64,000 bases of DNA, from NCBI RefSeq assembly GCF_004010195.1, contig NC_057718.1, positions 15,245,407 through 15,309,406 on the forward strand, given 5' to 3'. Positions 1 to 13,674 of this stretch are shown here, piece after piece (the stretch's first letter is position 1; the number at the start of each line of letters is the position of its first letter). The notes under the pieces are model-generated. The model ran no database searches, was not told the DNA's origin, and worked only from the letters and a program-made list of their open reading frames with translations. A program made the position numbers and the translations under genes. The stretch is from Chiloscyllium plagiosum. Taxonomy: Eukaryota.

Positions 1-1350
1 ACAATTAAGGCTTGGAATATAATGCGGCAAAATGAGGGTAATTCACATAAAACATCCCCCTATGCACCGATAGTGGGAGCATGGGGATTCCAACCGGGGT
101 TAACAGATGCCACTTTTAAACTCTGGAGAGCCAGGGGTATCTCATGTCTTGGGGATTTATTTAAAGATGGGGTCCTGATGTCTTTCGGACAGCTGCGTCA
201 GAAATTCGGATTACCCAATGGAGACCTCTTTCGATACTTCCAAATTCGAGATTTTATACAGAAGAAGACTACGTTATTAGTCTTTATAAATCCGATAGAG
301 AATGTAGTGTCCTACGACCAGTGGGGGTATCTTCCGTCAGTAATATTTATCATTTACTACATGATGAAGTATCGGGAGATTTGGATAATCTGCTTAAAAC
401 ATGGGATCGGGATCTGGGACTAGAAATCTCCACAGAAACGTGGAGTGATATCTGGGAAAATGCTAGAAGAATTACTATTTGTAACAGAACCCAGGCTATC
501 CAGCTGAAGATACTTCATAGGGCCCATATAGCACCGGTTCGACTGGCAAAATTTAAGGCAGGAGCATCTCCAATGTCTCCCAAATGTAAAATAGAGGTGG
601 GCACTCTTGTACATTGCCTATGGACCTGTCATAAGATCCGTAGATATTGGACTAAAGTAGCAAGTACCCTGACAGAAATTTTAGGAACGGAAATAAAAGT
701 GGACCCCGTATCTCTCCTCTTGGGCTTTTCGAACTTTCCCTCCCTGGACACTGACAGAAATTTTAGAAACGGAAATTAAAATGGACCCTGTATCTCTCCT
801 TTTGGGCTTTTCGAACTTTCTCTCCCTGGACATGTACGGGAAGAGACTATTTTCTATTCTCTTTTGGTGAACTGGGCGGCTGAGGGCCCCCCTGGACTTT
901 CAAATTGGCACAGATTAATTATGGAATGTATTCCCCTTGACTTCCTTACAAATATGGTGCACCGAAAGACCAAGTTATTTTATAAAATCTGGCAGCCCTT
1001 CTTGAATTACATAAATACAGATATTTCGGCTATCCTAACAAGGGCTTTTATTTAATTGAGATTACAAACCTGGCTGGTCCGGGGCCCCTTAGGAGAGGGA
1101 TCCCGCACGAATACGGGTTTTATTACATTTGATGTTAACACATTCCGAGCATGTAAGAGACTTAAATATACACTCTGGTTAGTTGTAGGTTAGATTAGTA
1201 GATAGATTAGTTTTATTTTTTTTTGTTAAATTTTGGCTATTGTATATTTGATTTAATTGAATATCAATGTTTGCATTTGAGAGTTTTGTTTATTTTTGTA
1301 AACTTGTAAAAATGTTAAATTTCTAATAAAAATATCAATTAAAAAAAAAT
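1..1350 (+). mobile_element. 3' end of an L1-clade LINE (ORF2 C-terminus with CCHC-type region, 3' UTR, A-rich tail); decayed
   Basis: ORF fragments QLKILHRAH...KCKIEVGTLVHCLWTC...KIWQPFLNYI match the ORF2 end at 61741-62322. T-rich UTR followed by AATAAA and an A-tract near 1325-1350. Confidence 0.9.
669..832 (+). repeat. 82-bp tandem duplication inside L1 ORF2
   Basis: ctgacagaaatttta...ccctggaca occurs at 669-750 and 751-832 with about 6 substitutions. Confidence 0.9.
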
Positions 1351-1825
1351 TTTAAAAAAGATTAACCGCTTAATCTCTCAAAGACGAGTATGTTGCCGTT
1401 ACCTTTAATAGGTTGCTTTGCTTCTTCAACCCAATGCAAAGAGCATCAAAGCTAATCAATCAATGACAGTCAACTAATGAGCTTTGGCTCGCTTGTGATT
1501 TTAACTGCTATTGAAAGCTTTCTGGTGAATTTTGCACTTCAGCGCTGAAGGTGGCAATTATTAAATGGAAGTGAAACTTGTGCTAGGAAGAGTCAGAATT
1601 TCAGTCAGTAGTCAGAGGCAAACACAGTTTGATAATAAACTGACAAAATTAGACTCAAGTCGATGTATATGAAGAACAGAAAATCATTCCTTTCTTGAAA
1701 TTACAAGCTTTGGTGTTAGCGGACTTTGGATCAAATTTCTGACGTTTCTGATTTCAATACAGTGGCTAGATAACCACGATGGGACTCAGCGGATGCATTT
1801 CCATTTCGATCAGAGGACCACAAAT

Positions 1826-2147
1826 GGGCGGCATGGTGGCATAGTGGTTAGCACTGCTGACTCACAGCACCAGAGACCCGGGTTCAATTCCCACCTCAGG
1901 CGACTGACTGTGTGGAGTTTGCACATTCTCCCTGTGTCTGCGTGGGTTTCCTCCGGGTGCTCTGGTTTCCTCCCACAGTCCAAAGATGTGCAGGTCAGAT
2001 GAACTGGCCATGCTAAATTGCCCATAGTGTTAGGTAAAGGGGTAAATGTAGGGGAATGGGTGGGTTGCGCTTCGGCGGGTCGGTGTGGACTTGTTGGGCC
2101 GAAGGGCCTGTTTCCACACTGTAAGTAATCTAATCTAATCTAAAATC
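1826..2147 (+). mobile_element. HE1-type tRNA-derived V-SINE, full length
   Basis: tRNA head (tggcatagtgg A box, ggttcaattcc B box), V-domain tgtggagtttgcacattctcc...tttcctcccacagtccaaagatgtgcagg, CR1-like 3' end and (TAATC)n tail. Confidence 0.9.
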
Positions 2148-3629
2148 ACTCTGAAATTTCAATGCATAATATGACTGGGAGTGCTTGCTCAAGCAGCAGT
2201 AAAATGAGACACCTCCATTCTCCACAGATGGATGCAAAAGATCCCACAGCAGCATTTGAATGAGAGTTAAAAAGGTACATGAATGTACCTCAGCAAGGTG
2301 GAAAACAATTGATGCCATGAAATGGGAAACCTCATTCTCACTGTTTCAATTATTTTTGAATTCATTTCTAGTGACGGTTCCACATAGAGGTTAACAATCC
2401 ATTCAAGGGCTTTAGCTGATGGCTGTAATAACACTGAATGCTCTCTCATGGCAAACATTCTGTCTGTGGGCATTATTCAAGCTCTCTCATGTTCCAGTTG
2501 GAGGAGCAAGTGACCACATCTTCAAGCACTTGAGGGTTGTCCAGATTTTCTGCATGAGGTTGAAACCTGGAACTTGGACATTCGGGTCATTAGGTTGCAG
2601 ATAGCAATGTCTATAGTCAACCAGGAGCTACTGTATATCAAGGGATGCAATGGAAGAAGACGAGTTTCACATAATATTTACAGCAACTGGTGCTCAATGG
2701 CCTGTGAATTCTAATAACTTTCCAATGTTTGAAAGAGAATGAAGCATTTTTCAGCATGTTTAAACTGCAGCTCACGAAGTCTATAGAAATCTGATTACAA
2801 GGTTTCCTTGGAGCCAGTCATCAATTGCTTATTTTCAATTCTTGTGAAGAATCCTTCCATAACCGTCCAAAAAAATCGTACCCAACGTCAGGAGGGCAAA
2901 AGTTGGATCCAATGCACAAAGCAAATTGCTGGGAGAACCTATGAGATTTGGAGGGATAATATGTATCTCAGATTATCCTGAAATATTCAGTACAGGCAAA
3001 AATACTGTATATGAGACCCTGATTCTGTCTCCATCAGCCTGATTTGGAGTGGGTTGTCAATTGATTCATTTCAAGCTAATTGTAAGTGCCCAATATGCTA
3101 AGGCATGCCTTGTCACCTCTCAGCCATTACCTTCAGACAATTCCAAACATTGATATCCTTTGTGAAGAGTACATCCACTGAAGTTTGACTGCATTGATGG
3201 GTCTACCTCAGAATCAAAACACAAATCACTGAAGTGTCTTAAAATTCACAGCAATGCTTTACACATACACAACTGGGAACCAATAAGTATTTCAGTAAAA
3301 ATTATAGTAGAACTGCCAGTGCAAGGGTCAAGTCTATAACTGAACAAACAATGACTTTGAAATTTTATGACTAAGATTTCAAATGACTATCTTTTTCATC
3401 AAGGCGATCAATTAAAATTTGCACTCAGACATTTTCCAAGATGAAAGAGATCTGACAGTAAAGGTAAGTATCCAGGGGCCATATCTGACAATGAAACTCT
3501 ATAGTTTTAAAATAATCACTCAGTATCATACCACAAACACTGGCAAGACATCAGGGCAATGTGAAGCTAATGGTCAGAAAACTCTCAAAAGCATGAAATC
3601 AGAAATTATTAGAAAAGTCCAACAACACT

Positions 3630-3880
3630 GCCTTCATTCATTCATGAGATGTGGTATCTCCAGCTGAGCCAGCATTTATCGTCCATCACTAATTACCCTC
3701 AAGAAGTGTTGGCAAACTATCTTCCTGAACTGCTGCAGTCAAGGTACACCCATACACCATTAGACAGAGAAAAATCCAGGATTTTTAACCCATCAGTACT
3801 GAAGGAACAATGAGATTTTTCAAGTTTGGATGTAAAGTGGCTCAGGTAGAAACTTGGAGATGGTGCGCATCCCACAGCTT
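3630..3880 (-). mobile_element. Degenerate LINE 3'-end relic, unclassified (similar relics near 7670-8170, 32580-32880, 53755-54060)
   Basis: Recurrent motif gcattta...ccatc.ctaatt.ccct..agaag...cttc.tgaac.gctgcag seen at several places in the window. Confidence 0.5.
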
Positions 3881-4559
3881 GGGTTTGACTTGATACAGTA
3901 GGATGGAATAACCTACCACATCATATCAAGAGGTAACCTAGTCTTGACGAGCAACAGTTGCAAACAGTTCAAAATAAAAAGTATAAACAATGGACTAAGA
4001 CAGACCCAGAAGCAGTTCTGCCCATGTGTCTTGGAAGGAAGTGCTGTGCATCACTAAATGGTCTGAAGCCATACAGTTATACACAGTCTCAAGTCAACAA
4101 GAGAACAGTTCTCCGTTTACAACATACAATCGCAAATTATTCATATCCTTCCCACCTAAAATAAAATTGTCACTCCTATTCAAAAAAGGATCACTTTTTG
4201 ACCAAATATAGCGGAATTCCAACTAACAAAGCTAAGTAATTTTGCATCTCAAGCTACACATTAATTTTTCCCAATTCAAGTGATCAAACTTGCTCCTTAT
4301 TCAACACAGGAACAATGCTGACTACTTTAATCTACAAAGCTCATCATTCGCAGAAGTGATATCCTCTAGTGCAGTGAGACCTGAACAAGGAGGCATTAAC
4401 TTAAAATGGGAGCGAGGTTGTTCAATGGAAGTGTTTGGAAACACTTATGAAAGTCAGCAAATCTTCAGATCTCTCGAACTTAGGTCTGGTTGCACGTTCA
4501 CTTTGAAGTCACAAGGATCTCACAGTTCAAGTCCAATGTCAGGGCATAGCACAAGAAAA

Positions 4560-4900
4560 CAAATCTTTAGTAGTGCAGTAGTAACAGAGTGCTGCCTGCC
4601 AGAGATGGAGTATTTTGAATGAAATGTTAATCTGAGGCTGCTGTTACTCTCTCAGCTGGCAGAAAAGACCCCACAACATTAGTTTGAAGGTGAGGGAAGG
4701 TCTGCGGTGAAAGATTATTACTCAACAACATGATAAAAAAAAAGACTCTGGTCATGATCACATTGCTGTTTGTCGAAGCTTGCTGTGAGCAAATTGACTG
4801 TCACTTTTCCTACTTTCCAACAGCAGGCACATTTCGAAAAATACTCTTTAAAGCTGTTGGAGATGTCTGACAGTCTGAAGGAACATCATCATTCAAATCT
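4560..4900 (+). mobile_element. Deu-domain SINE relic (SacSINE1/AmnSINE-like)
   Basis: gagtgctg...tgaaatgttaa...aaagacccca...ctggtcatgatcacattgctgtttg...ttgctgtgagcaaattg resembles the recalled Deu-domain consensus. Weaker relics near 2175-2265, 8215-8540, 13240-13400(-), 23395-23660(-), 42700-42820. Confidence 0.6.
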
Positions 4901-5367
4901 TTTCTTCATTCAAATATAAATCAGATAAACATGGGGGTACTGTAACTGAAATAAAAATTTAACATTTGGTCCAACTCTGGGATAGCAGCACTCAATTTAT
5001 GCAACTTACACCCAGTGGGTAATAACACCAACTCCAAGTTGTTCAACCATTCCAGGACCAATCACAGGCTCTGGCAAGCTCGGTCTCGGTCATCGTTTAC
5101 GGTCACTAGCTCACAAACCCTTCAACGTTTTGTTGCTAACAAGAGCTGCTTCAGTACATCCTCTTGGGGCCCAATTCTCTGCAACCTGAACACTGAATTT
5201 TAAAAATTGTTCTCTCGTTTAAAAATTGTGTGAATTCGGTTCACACGAAAACAAAACAAAAATATCATCCTTACTCCTTAGACACCGAACATAATGAAAG
5301 AATAATAAAAAAGGAGTTTTTTTTTGTTTTGAGAGGGTAGATTGGATTATTTTGGTTCCTCCAAACA

Positions 5368-5663
5368 TTAGATTCCCGACAGTGTGGAAACAGGCCCTTC
5401 GGCCCAACCAGTCCACACCGACCCTCCCAGACCCATTTCCCTCTGACTAATGCACCTAACACTATGGGCAATTTAGCATGGCCAATTCACCTGACCTGCA
5501 CATCTTTGGACTGTGGGAAGATTCCGGAGGACCCAGAGGAAACCCACGTGGACACAAGGAGACTGTCTGTGTGGAGTTTGCACAGTCACCCGAAACTGGG
5601 ATCGAACCTGGGACCCTGGTGCTGTGAGGCTGCAGTGCTAACCACTGAGCCACCGTGCTGCCC
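5368..5663 (-). mobile_element. HE1-type V-SINE, full length
   Basis: Reverse complement of the 1826-2147 element, including the tRNA head. Confidence 0.9.
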
Positions 5664-8600
5664 ATAGAAGCATTGAAGCATTAGGGCAGATGAGGTGGAG
5701 GGGATGTAAAGGTTAAGAAAGGAAGAACAAGTTCGGGACAGGCCTCAGTGGTCCAATTCATCATACAAAATAAGCTAACAATATACAGAGGTCAAATATG
5801 CCGTCAATAGAACAGCAAAATCATTCAGATGCTGAAAATCAGAATTAAAAAAATGTTGGGGGACAAGAAAAAAAAATGAACTGTTCAATAATGCCAACAT
5901 TTTCTACATTAATGGCATTAGAGAGAATAGTAAAAACCAGTGACCTGAAGGTTGGCTGCTGGGGATTGTTTGATAAAAGAAACCTGGTTAAGTTTACATT
6001 AACAACATTCCAAACCAGTTTTAAAACAGAGAGAGCACACATTTGAGAATTAGTACAAGAGTGCGTGAGAAAAATGTAATATGAGAGTGAGAGAGTGAGA
6101 GAAAGAAAGACAAAATATTGACACCTTAACGTGAATCATAAAATGTCATGTCACAGAAGGAGGCCATTCAGCCCATTATATCTGCACCAGCTCTCGACAA
6201 GAGGATCTCTGAAGCCCAACCAGATCTTCCTCCTGCTTCTATTGTCCTGCAATTTCCTCTTCAGCTCCTTATCTAATTCCCTTTTGAAGGAAACATCTGC
6301 ACATTGCCCCACCACCCTCTCAGCCATCATGTTCCAGATCATAATTACATGCTGCGCAAAAATAATTGCTGAACAGCTTACCTTCCCAATGCTCCCTTTG
6401 CCATTCACCTTAAACTAGTGTCCTTTTGGTTCTTGAATGCATTAACAAGAAAAGTTTCTTCCTATCTACTGTCTCAATCCATTGTGCTTCTGAATAACTT
6501 TATCGATAAGAAGAGGGACAGAATTCATTTCTCTTCCTCCTTACACACACACTCATTGACAGAGCTATTCAAAATGGGTCCAGGCAGAGAAAGCAGTAAG
6601 AAAATAGAGGTGATTGGTGAAAAAAAAACATGATGGCAATTAGTAGAACATTTGTTTATAAAAACCCAAGTGGTTACATTCTGATAACCAACATACAAGA
6701 ACATCGGCTCATCTGTTATAATTTCTTGGTGCTCACTGATTGCCTAATTTATCAAGCATCAACTAAAGAGAATATTTTGGATCTAAATCCAAAAAGGCAT
6801 AAATCCTGATATTGGCCAGTCCAAGAACTGTGGCTATTTTAAACATAAAAGTGAAGAATTTGCTATCCTTCAATTCGATGTGGCATTAAAAACAACAGCA
6901 CATATCTTTACAAAACTGGAGCAGATTGCATTGAGCTAAAGCCTTTAAAAAAACATTCCCTCCATCAGATTATGTTCTGGTCAATTTAATTTATGGTTTA
7001 CAAGAACCAGATGAAATCCTCAACATGATAAAAGTTGACAAGAGGGCTTTTATGAAACAGAGGCTGCTGTGAGCACTGCATCAAAGTAAATGGAGTTACA
7101 TTCCTCAAAGAAAAAGCTGTAACTGAGTTCTTAAATTGTTATTTTTGGAGTGCATTTCCAAAGCAATATTCCATCTTAAATATTTCCAATGAGTGAAATA
7201 AGCAAAGCTGTGCCTAGGATAGCTAATGAACAACAAATGAAAGGGTCACTTTCCTTAGAACAGTTCTTGATCCATCTTAAAGTTTTAATTTAAGCAGAGG
7301 GTTTGAAGTGGCTTTCAATATTTACTTATCTCCCCAACAGCCTAAAGCACCAGTGATAAAAATTTCAAATGGACAGATGCCAATTGCATAGAGGCAAGAT
7401 TGCAACTTTACTACACTCCTGGCCTGATTTTAGTTTACAGCTTTTGGAAATAGAGGTGGAATATTTTTTTCAAACAAAATTCTTTAAAACTAAAAGGAAA
7501 AGGTTTCATAGTTACATGAGCCCTGGAGGTCCAGTTAATAAAAGCCCAGCTTGACAAAAAGAATCAAAAAGCTATGTTCATATGGTATTAAGTTCAGTCA
7601 ATGTAAGTTTCCACCAAACCATGTCTTCCTTTATTGACACTGGAATGGTTCAAAAAGGTGACACACCAGCTCCTTTCTTTATTCTTTCAAGGAATGTGAG
7701 CAGTGCTGGAAAGGCTAGTAATTATTGCTCAGATCGGATGGTGAGGGAGAGTGACACCCCTTGAAATCAAAGCAGACTGAATGCAGCATCAAGGAGCTCA
7801 AACTAAACTTGATCTTCAAGGGCAGTTTGGGCGTGGGCCAACCAACACTGGCCTAACTACCAATACCCACATGCACAGAATTAAGCAAAGTGCAGGTATG
7901 TGAACTCCCTGAACCACTGCAGATGGCTTAGGGACACCCACAATGCTGGTACTGGTTCAAAACTTTGGACCAGTGACGGAGGAACATTGATATACATTCA
8001 AGTCAGAGTGCTGCAAGGCTTGGAGGGAATCTTGCAAGTGGTGTTGCCATGTTTCTGATTCTTGGTCCTTCAATATGTTAGAGGTTGCAGGTTTGGAAGC
8101 TGCTGCTCAAAGAGCATTGGTGCACACGGTTCATATTTTCACCAGTGGTGCAAGAACTAAAATTTCAAGGTGTAAAGTGGTATCTTTTATACAGCCTCAC
8201 AAAACTCACCCATGTTCCCTTTGGCTCAGTTGAGTAGATTTTTCACCATGAAACGCAAGTCTGTGGGTTCAATTCAGATCCTCGATAAAATGAAGTGCAA
8301 AACTTTGACATGTCACCTTTCAGATTGCGGAAAGATCCAATTTTCCCTCCCAGGTTGGGTGTGGGGCAGCTCTTGCTGAGGAGCTGGCCAATATCTGTCC
8401 ATTAATCAATCCACTTCTCTCTCAACCAGTGATGGTAGCTAGTAACATGCAAATTACCTGCTGCGTTTTTCTAAATTACAGCAGTGATGGAACTTCCAAA
8501 AGAAGTTCCCTTTGATTTTAAACCTCCCCAAACATTTGAAAAAGGTGGAAGAACTTCTATTTCCCTTCCTTTAAACCTTGAAACTTTTTCCAAACTCACA

Positions 8601-10514
8601 CTAACCTCTTCAATAATTCACTTCCATGAGGAGCAGAAACAGACCAGTATTTGGAGAATAATCTCCTCTTCTTTGACATACCATAGTTAAGTACAAAATG
8701 TCCAGACATGTAAAGATACCAGTCTAGACAAAAGAAAACTATACCAACTCAATGCCATATGACAAACCAGTTTTCCTGCTCAACTGCATAATAGTTAATG
8801 TTGAAGTTGCTTCGAGTTCCACCCAATCGGATAATTCCATAAGAGTTTTTGAATTGAGAAGAAACAGTCTCATGCAAGGTCCAAATGGAGGTAGAAATCT
8901 TGCATCAGACTCCAAATAGTCTTTGTAAATTGTGCATAACTACTCTATATAACCTATTGTCATCATGCAATAAAACACAATTTTGTTGTGCAAGACTTCG
9001 TCAGACTTAAGTGGTTTATCCATTGGAGGACCCTTCGACTCAGCATGGAAAGGAGGATTCCTTTTGTGATAGGTGAGCTCTGAAAGGGCTGGCACTACTT
9101 ATGACCCCTGGAAAGAACATCTCAATTTAGTTTTGATACATTTTTATTGATCTTCTGATTGTTCTGTCGTGGTAACACACTACCTAAACTGCTATTGTTT
9201 ATTTGATAAGAGTATAAAAGGAAGATACACTAACTGCAAAGCATCAATGCTGGCTCTGCAACATAACTGTGCCACATGGTGATCAGCAGAGAGGATCATT
9301 GCATAAACAACTCAAGGTAACAGTGGAAAAAAAAATCCATGTGACCAGGAGAAATATTTTCAGAAAACAAGTGAGTTTACAGTTTTAAGGAAGTTACCAC
9401 TTAAGATACAGGCAATGAGCAACTGAAACAAAGGCAGAAGCAGTCAGCAGCCCTCATGGAAGCAGGTCAAAAGTAGCACTCCAAAAGATAATCTTCACCC
9501 TAGAGGTGCAGGAGGCCCTGGGAAAAAATAACATGGGCTAAAGTAAAGACTAGCCACTTAGGGAAGTGACTGAATCATTAAAGAAGACAGGAGTGCAGAA
9601 CAGAACAAGTTAAAAAAACCCTCAGTGGGAAAAGGAGGAAAACAAAGGAAAGGGCATACAAATCCAGGCAGAGAAGGATGAAAGAGAAAAGAAATGCTTC
9701 AGTCTTCAAAACAAGCATGCTCCACAAGACAAAGCTACAGTAGGCAGGGCTACAGCCAGAATATTATTCATACCAAAGTCACTGAATCTCAAAAGGTTTT
9801 AGGGTACAATTGAGACAACAGAGTCTATCAGAGAAAAGTGTTTAGAAGAATGCAAAGACGTGATCGGGCCATGCTCAATTCAAAACCACGATTTGGCAGG
9901 AAGATTTATTAAGCCCTCAGCCATTAGGGTGTAACTTAAAGTGCAAAAGACCTACAGTGAATTTTAGACCATGAAAGACTGGAAGTCATTGTGCCCATGA
10001 AGTAACAAAAAGGTGAAGACTACTAGTTTGATCTCCAGCAAACAGTGCAGAGACATAAATAATAAATGGAACAGAATTCAAGAGACTTTCGGAGAGGTTT
10101 GAGGTAGAAGTAGTTTTCCTCAGTAATAAGCAGCTGAACTAGATTTATATTTCATGATGAGGTCCTAAAAAAGCATTGGTATATCGCATTTAACCCACTT
10201 GTCAGAATAACCAACCATCTGTGTTTGAAGCCAAGAAAACATTGGTTTAATGTAAACTACTTTGCAACATTATTTAATCTCACTGTTGCAGAAGATCAGA
10301 TAGCACTAGGAGAAACAGGTTTCTAGGTGTAGGGATAGGAGAAAGAGGGGGAAAGAATGGAAAACATTAGTGGTTCCAAACACATGTCTGTAAAGACCAT
10401 ACTTTTTAAATAAGAAAAAGGGTATTTAATGCCATGTATTTGTATGTTCCCAGCTGATTCAAAATTCTCAACACATCCCAGAGTGAAGCCTTATTTGATC
10501 AGTCAGAAGTTTAA

Positions 10515-10760
10515 TTAGTTTAGATTACTTACCGTGTGGAAACAGGCCCTTCGGCCGAACAAGTCCACCCACTGAACCACCGAAGCACAACCCACCCAGA
10601 CCCATTCCCCTACATTTACCCCTGCACCTAACACTATAGGCAATTTAGCATGGCCAATTCACCTAACCTGCACATTTTTGGACTGTGGGAGGAAACCGGA
10701 GCACCCGAAGGAAACCCACGCAGACACGGGGAGAACGTGCAAACTCCACACAGTCAGTCA
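10515..10760 (-). mobile_element. HE1-type V-SINE, 5'-truncated
   Basis: V-domain and tail present; tRNA head absent. Confidence 0.85.
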
Positions 10761-10924
10761 GTCGTCTGTTGGCAACAAAGTTGGTTGCTTGGTGATATTC
10801 ACAATTATTGAATTTAAAAATTATTGAAATAAAAAAATCAAAATATTGAACATATTCACAAGACAGCTTTAAATCAAAATACAAAAGTTGGATATACAAA
10901 AGGAAAACACAAAAATACATAAAT

Positions 10925-12302
10925 ATTAAGCAGTTATGAAATACATAAAAGTGGATAAATCCCCAGGACCTGATAAGGTGTGCCTTCAAACTCTGTGGGA
11001 AGCTAGGATAGTGATTGCTGGGCCTCTTGCTGAGGTACTTGTATCATCAATAGTCACATGTGAGGTGCCGGAAGACTGGAGGTTGGCTAACGTGGTGCCA
11101 CTATTTAAGAAAGGCAGTAAGGACAAGCCAGGGAACTGCAGACCGGTGAGCCTGACATAGTTGGTGGGAACCCTGAGGGACAGGATGTACATGTATTTGG
11201 AAAGGCAAGGACTGATTAGGGATAGGCAACATGGCTTTGTGCGTGGGAAATCATGTCTCACAAATTTGTTTGAGTGTTTTGAAGAACTAACAAAGAGGAT
11301 TGATGAGGGCAGAGCATTAGATGTGATCTATATGGACTTCAGTAAAGCTTTCGACTAGGTTTCCCACGGGAGACTGGTTAGCAAGGTTAGATCTCATGGA
11401 ATACTGGGAGAACTAGCCATTTGGATACAGAACTTGCTCAAAAGGTAGAGACAGAGGGTGGTGGTAGATGGTTGTTTTTCAGACTGGAGGCCTGTGACAA
11501 GTGGAGTGCCACAAGAATCGGTGCTGCGTCCACTACTTTTCATCATTTATATAAATGATTTGGATGGGACAATAAGAGGTATAGTTAGTAAGTTTGCAGA
11601 TAATACCAAAATTGGAGGTGTAGTGGACAGCGAAGAAGCTTACTTCAGAGTACAACAGGATCTTGATCAGATGGGCCAATCAGCTGAGGTTTGGCAGATG
11701 GAGTTTAATTTAGATAAATATGAGGTGATGCACTTTGAGAAAGCAAATCTTAGCAGAACTTTCCACTTCATGACAAAGGTCCTAGGGAGTGTTGCTGAAC
11801 AAAGACCTTGGAATGCAGATTCATAGCTCCTTGAAAGTGGAGTCGCAGGTAGATAGAATAGTGAAGGCGGCGTTTGGTATGCTTTCCTTTATTGGTCAGA
11901 GTATCGAGTACAGGAGTTGGGAGGTCATGTTGCGGCTGTACAGGACATTGGTGGCATGGATAGGATAAATAGGCAAAGTTTCTTTCCTGGTGTGGGGGAG
12001 TCCAGAACTAGAGGGCTTGGGTTTAGGGTGAGAGGGGAACGATATAAAAGAGACCTAAGGGGCAACTTTTTCACACAGAGGGTGGTACGTGTATGGAATG
12101 AGTTGCCAGAGGAAGTGGTGGAGTCTAGTGCAATTGCAACATTTAAAAGACATCTGGATGGGTAAGTGAATAGGAAGTGTTTGGAAGGATATGGGCCGGT
12201 TGCTGGCAGGTGGGATTAGATTAGGGGGGGATATCTGGTCAGCATGGACGGGTTGGCCTGAAGGGTAGGTTTCCATACTGTACATCTCTATAACTCTATG
12301 AC
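10925..12302 (+). mobile_element. CR1-clade LINE, 5'-truncated RT pseudogene with 3' UTR
   Basis: KSPGPD, WRLANVVPLFKKG, QHGFVRGKSCLTNL, DVIYMDFSKAFD, SGVPQ.SVL.P, KFADNTK; microsatellite tail ctctataactctatga. Confidence 0.92.
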
Positions 12303-12834
12303 CTTCCTCCCACAACATTCTTTTCAGAAACTCAACACTACTCCCATTTTAAATCTAAATTCTTAGATGCCAATCGCACTGCAGTTTATGGTTTAGAGAC
12401 TTGCATAGCTTGGCACTTTACAAACTAAAACTTTCTCCAAAGATGAAATACATCCACTGAACTGAATTTTAAAAAAAGTGATCAAGTCTGTCTTCTCTCC
12501 AGATCATGAAAAGTTCAATATTTCAACTGAAAATCAATTCACAGCACAGATACCCTGCAATGCATTTGACCGAAGTCACGTTCTGCACTGTCTTGCCGAT
12601 GGTGTACTTACTTTATTTCTCCAAATGACTTTGACCTTTAAAGAAAGTAAATGCACCTTCACAGAACTAAAATCTATATTTCCTTTAAAATGCAAAATTA
12701 CCAAGTGACAATATATTAAAAAACTTTATCGCAGCATAATTCAAGAGGAATTGCAGACAACTCTCTTTTAGAGAGATAATTGTTTAGACAGCATTAGCAG
12801 CAGCACAATATTAAACTTGCTCGTCACAAGTCTA

Positions 12835-12968
12835 GAGGCGAAAGGGAGGTCTGCAGATGCTGGAGATCAGAGTCGACAGTGTGGTGCTGGAAAAGCACTG
12901 CAGGTCAGGCAGTATCCAAGGAGCAGTAGAATCGACATTTTAGGAATAAGCTCTTCATCAGGAATCGT
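12835..12968 (-). mobile_element. Non-autonomous PLE terminal fragment (family A) with degenerate HHR core
   Basis: ctgcagatgctggagatcag...gctggaaaag...caggtcaggcag...cttcatcagg; flanked by aagtcta on both sides. Confidence 0.75.
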
Positions 12969-13674
12969 AAGTCTAAGTGAAAGTCAATCTGAGTAGGCAC
13001 GCTCTTGAAATTCTGAACACCATGCTAACCAATGAAATCACCAGCCCCCATGATATTGCAGCATCTTGTTATCATTACCACCTGAAGTATACTGTTAGCA
13101 ATTCTTTCGTTGCTTCAGTAGGAATCTTTTCATTTCTACAATGCCTTAAAAAGGACTTCAGAGCTTATCAAAGCATTTCACACCCAATCACTTTTGAATT
13201 ATCAACTTAAATGATTTCAATTCATATTGAATCTTTCATAACCAGACATGCCAAAGCACTGTGCAGTGAATTAAGTATTTTTTGATATGTAGTGCATACA
13301 TAACAGCAACTAATCTGGACACTGCAAACTCCCTGAAATACCAATGTAATAACAGAACAGATAGTGTTTTCATATCAACTGAGGGACATATTGACCAAGT
13401 CAACCTGGATGTTTTTGATAAAATCTGAAGTGCGACATGTACAAATAACTTCCCAAATTCTAAAAAAGGTAAAATTTGCAAACAAATGAGCCTCAACCAA
13501 CATCAAATTGGATAAAAGTCAAATAAGCAGAGGGATTTTTTTTTGTTGCAAACATCTCCCTCATGATAATATAGCAAGTTAAGCAGATGACTGGAGTTAA
13601 TTGATTTACAGACCAGGTAGACAGAAAGGATGGATAAGTGGGACTTGTGTGAAGGAGCTGTAAAAGTGAGTAGA

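Noticed and set aside
1826..1900. tRNA gene
   Set aside because: The tRNA-like head continues into a SINE body and tail; the same applies to the other copies.
1793..2025. Recurrent ORFs such as VWSLHILPVSAWVSSGCSGFLPQSKDVQVR and MCCWKSAAGQAAS
   Set aside because: Chance translations of HE1 SINE and PLE arms, not genes.
9165..10215. Possible solo LTR (also ~21200-21620)
   Set aside because: LTR-like composition, but termini and TSD could not be established.
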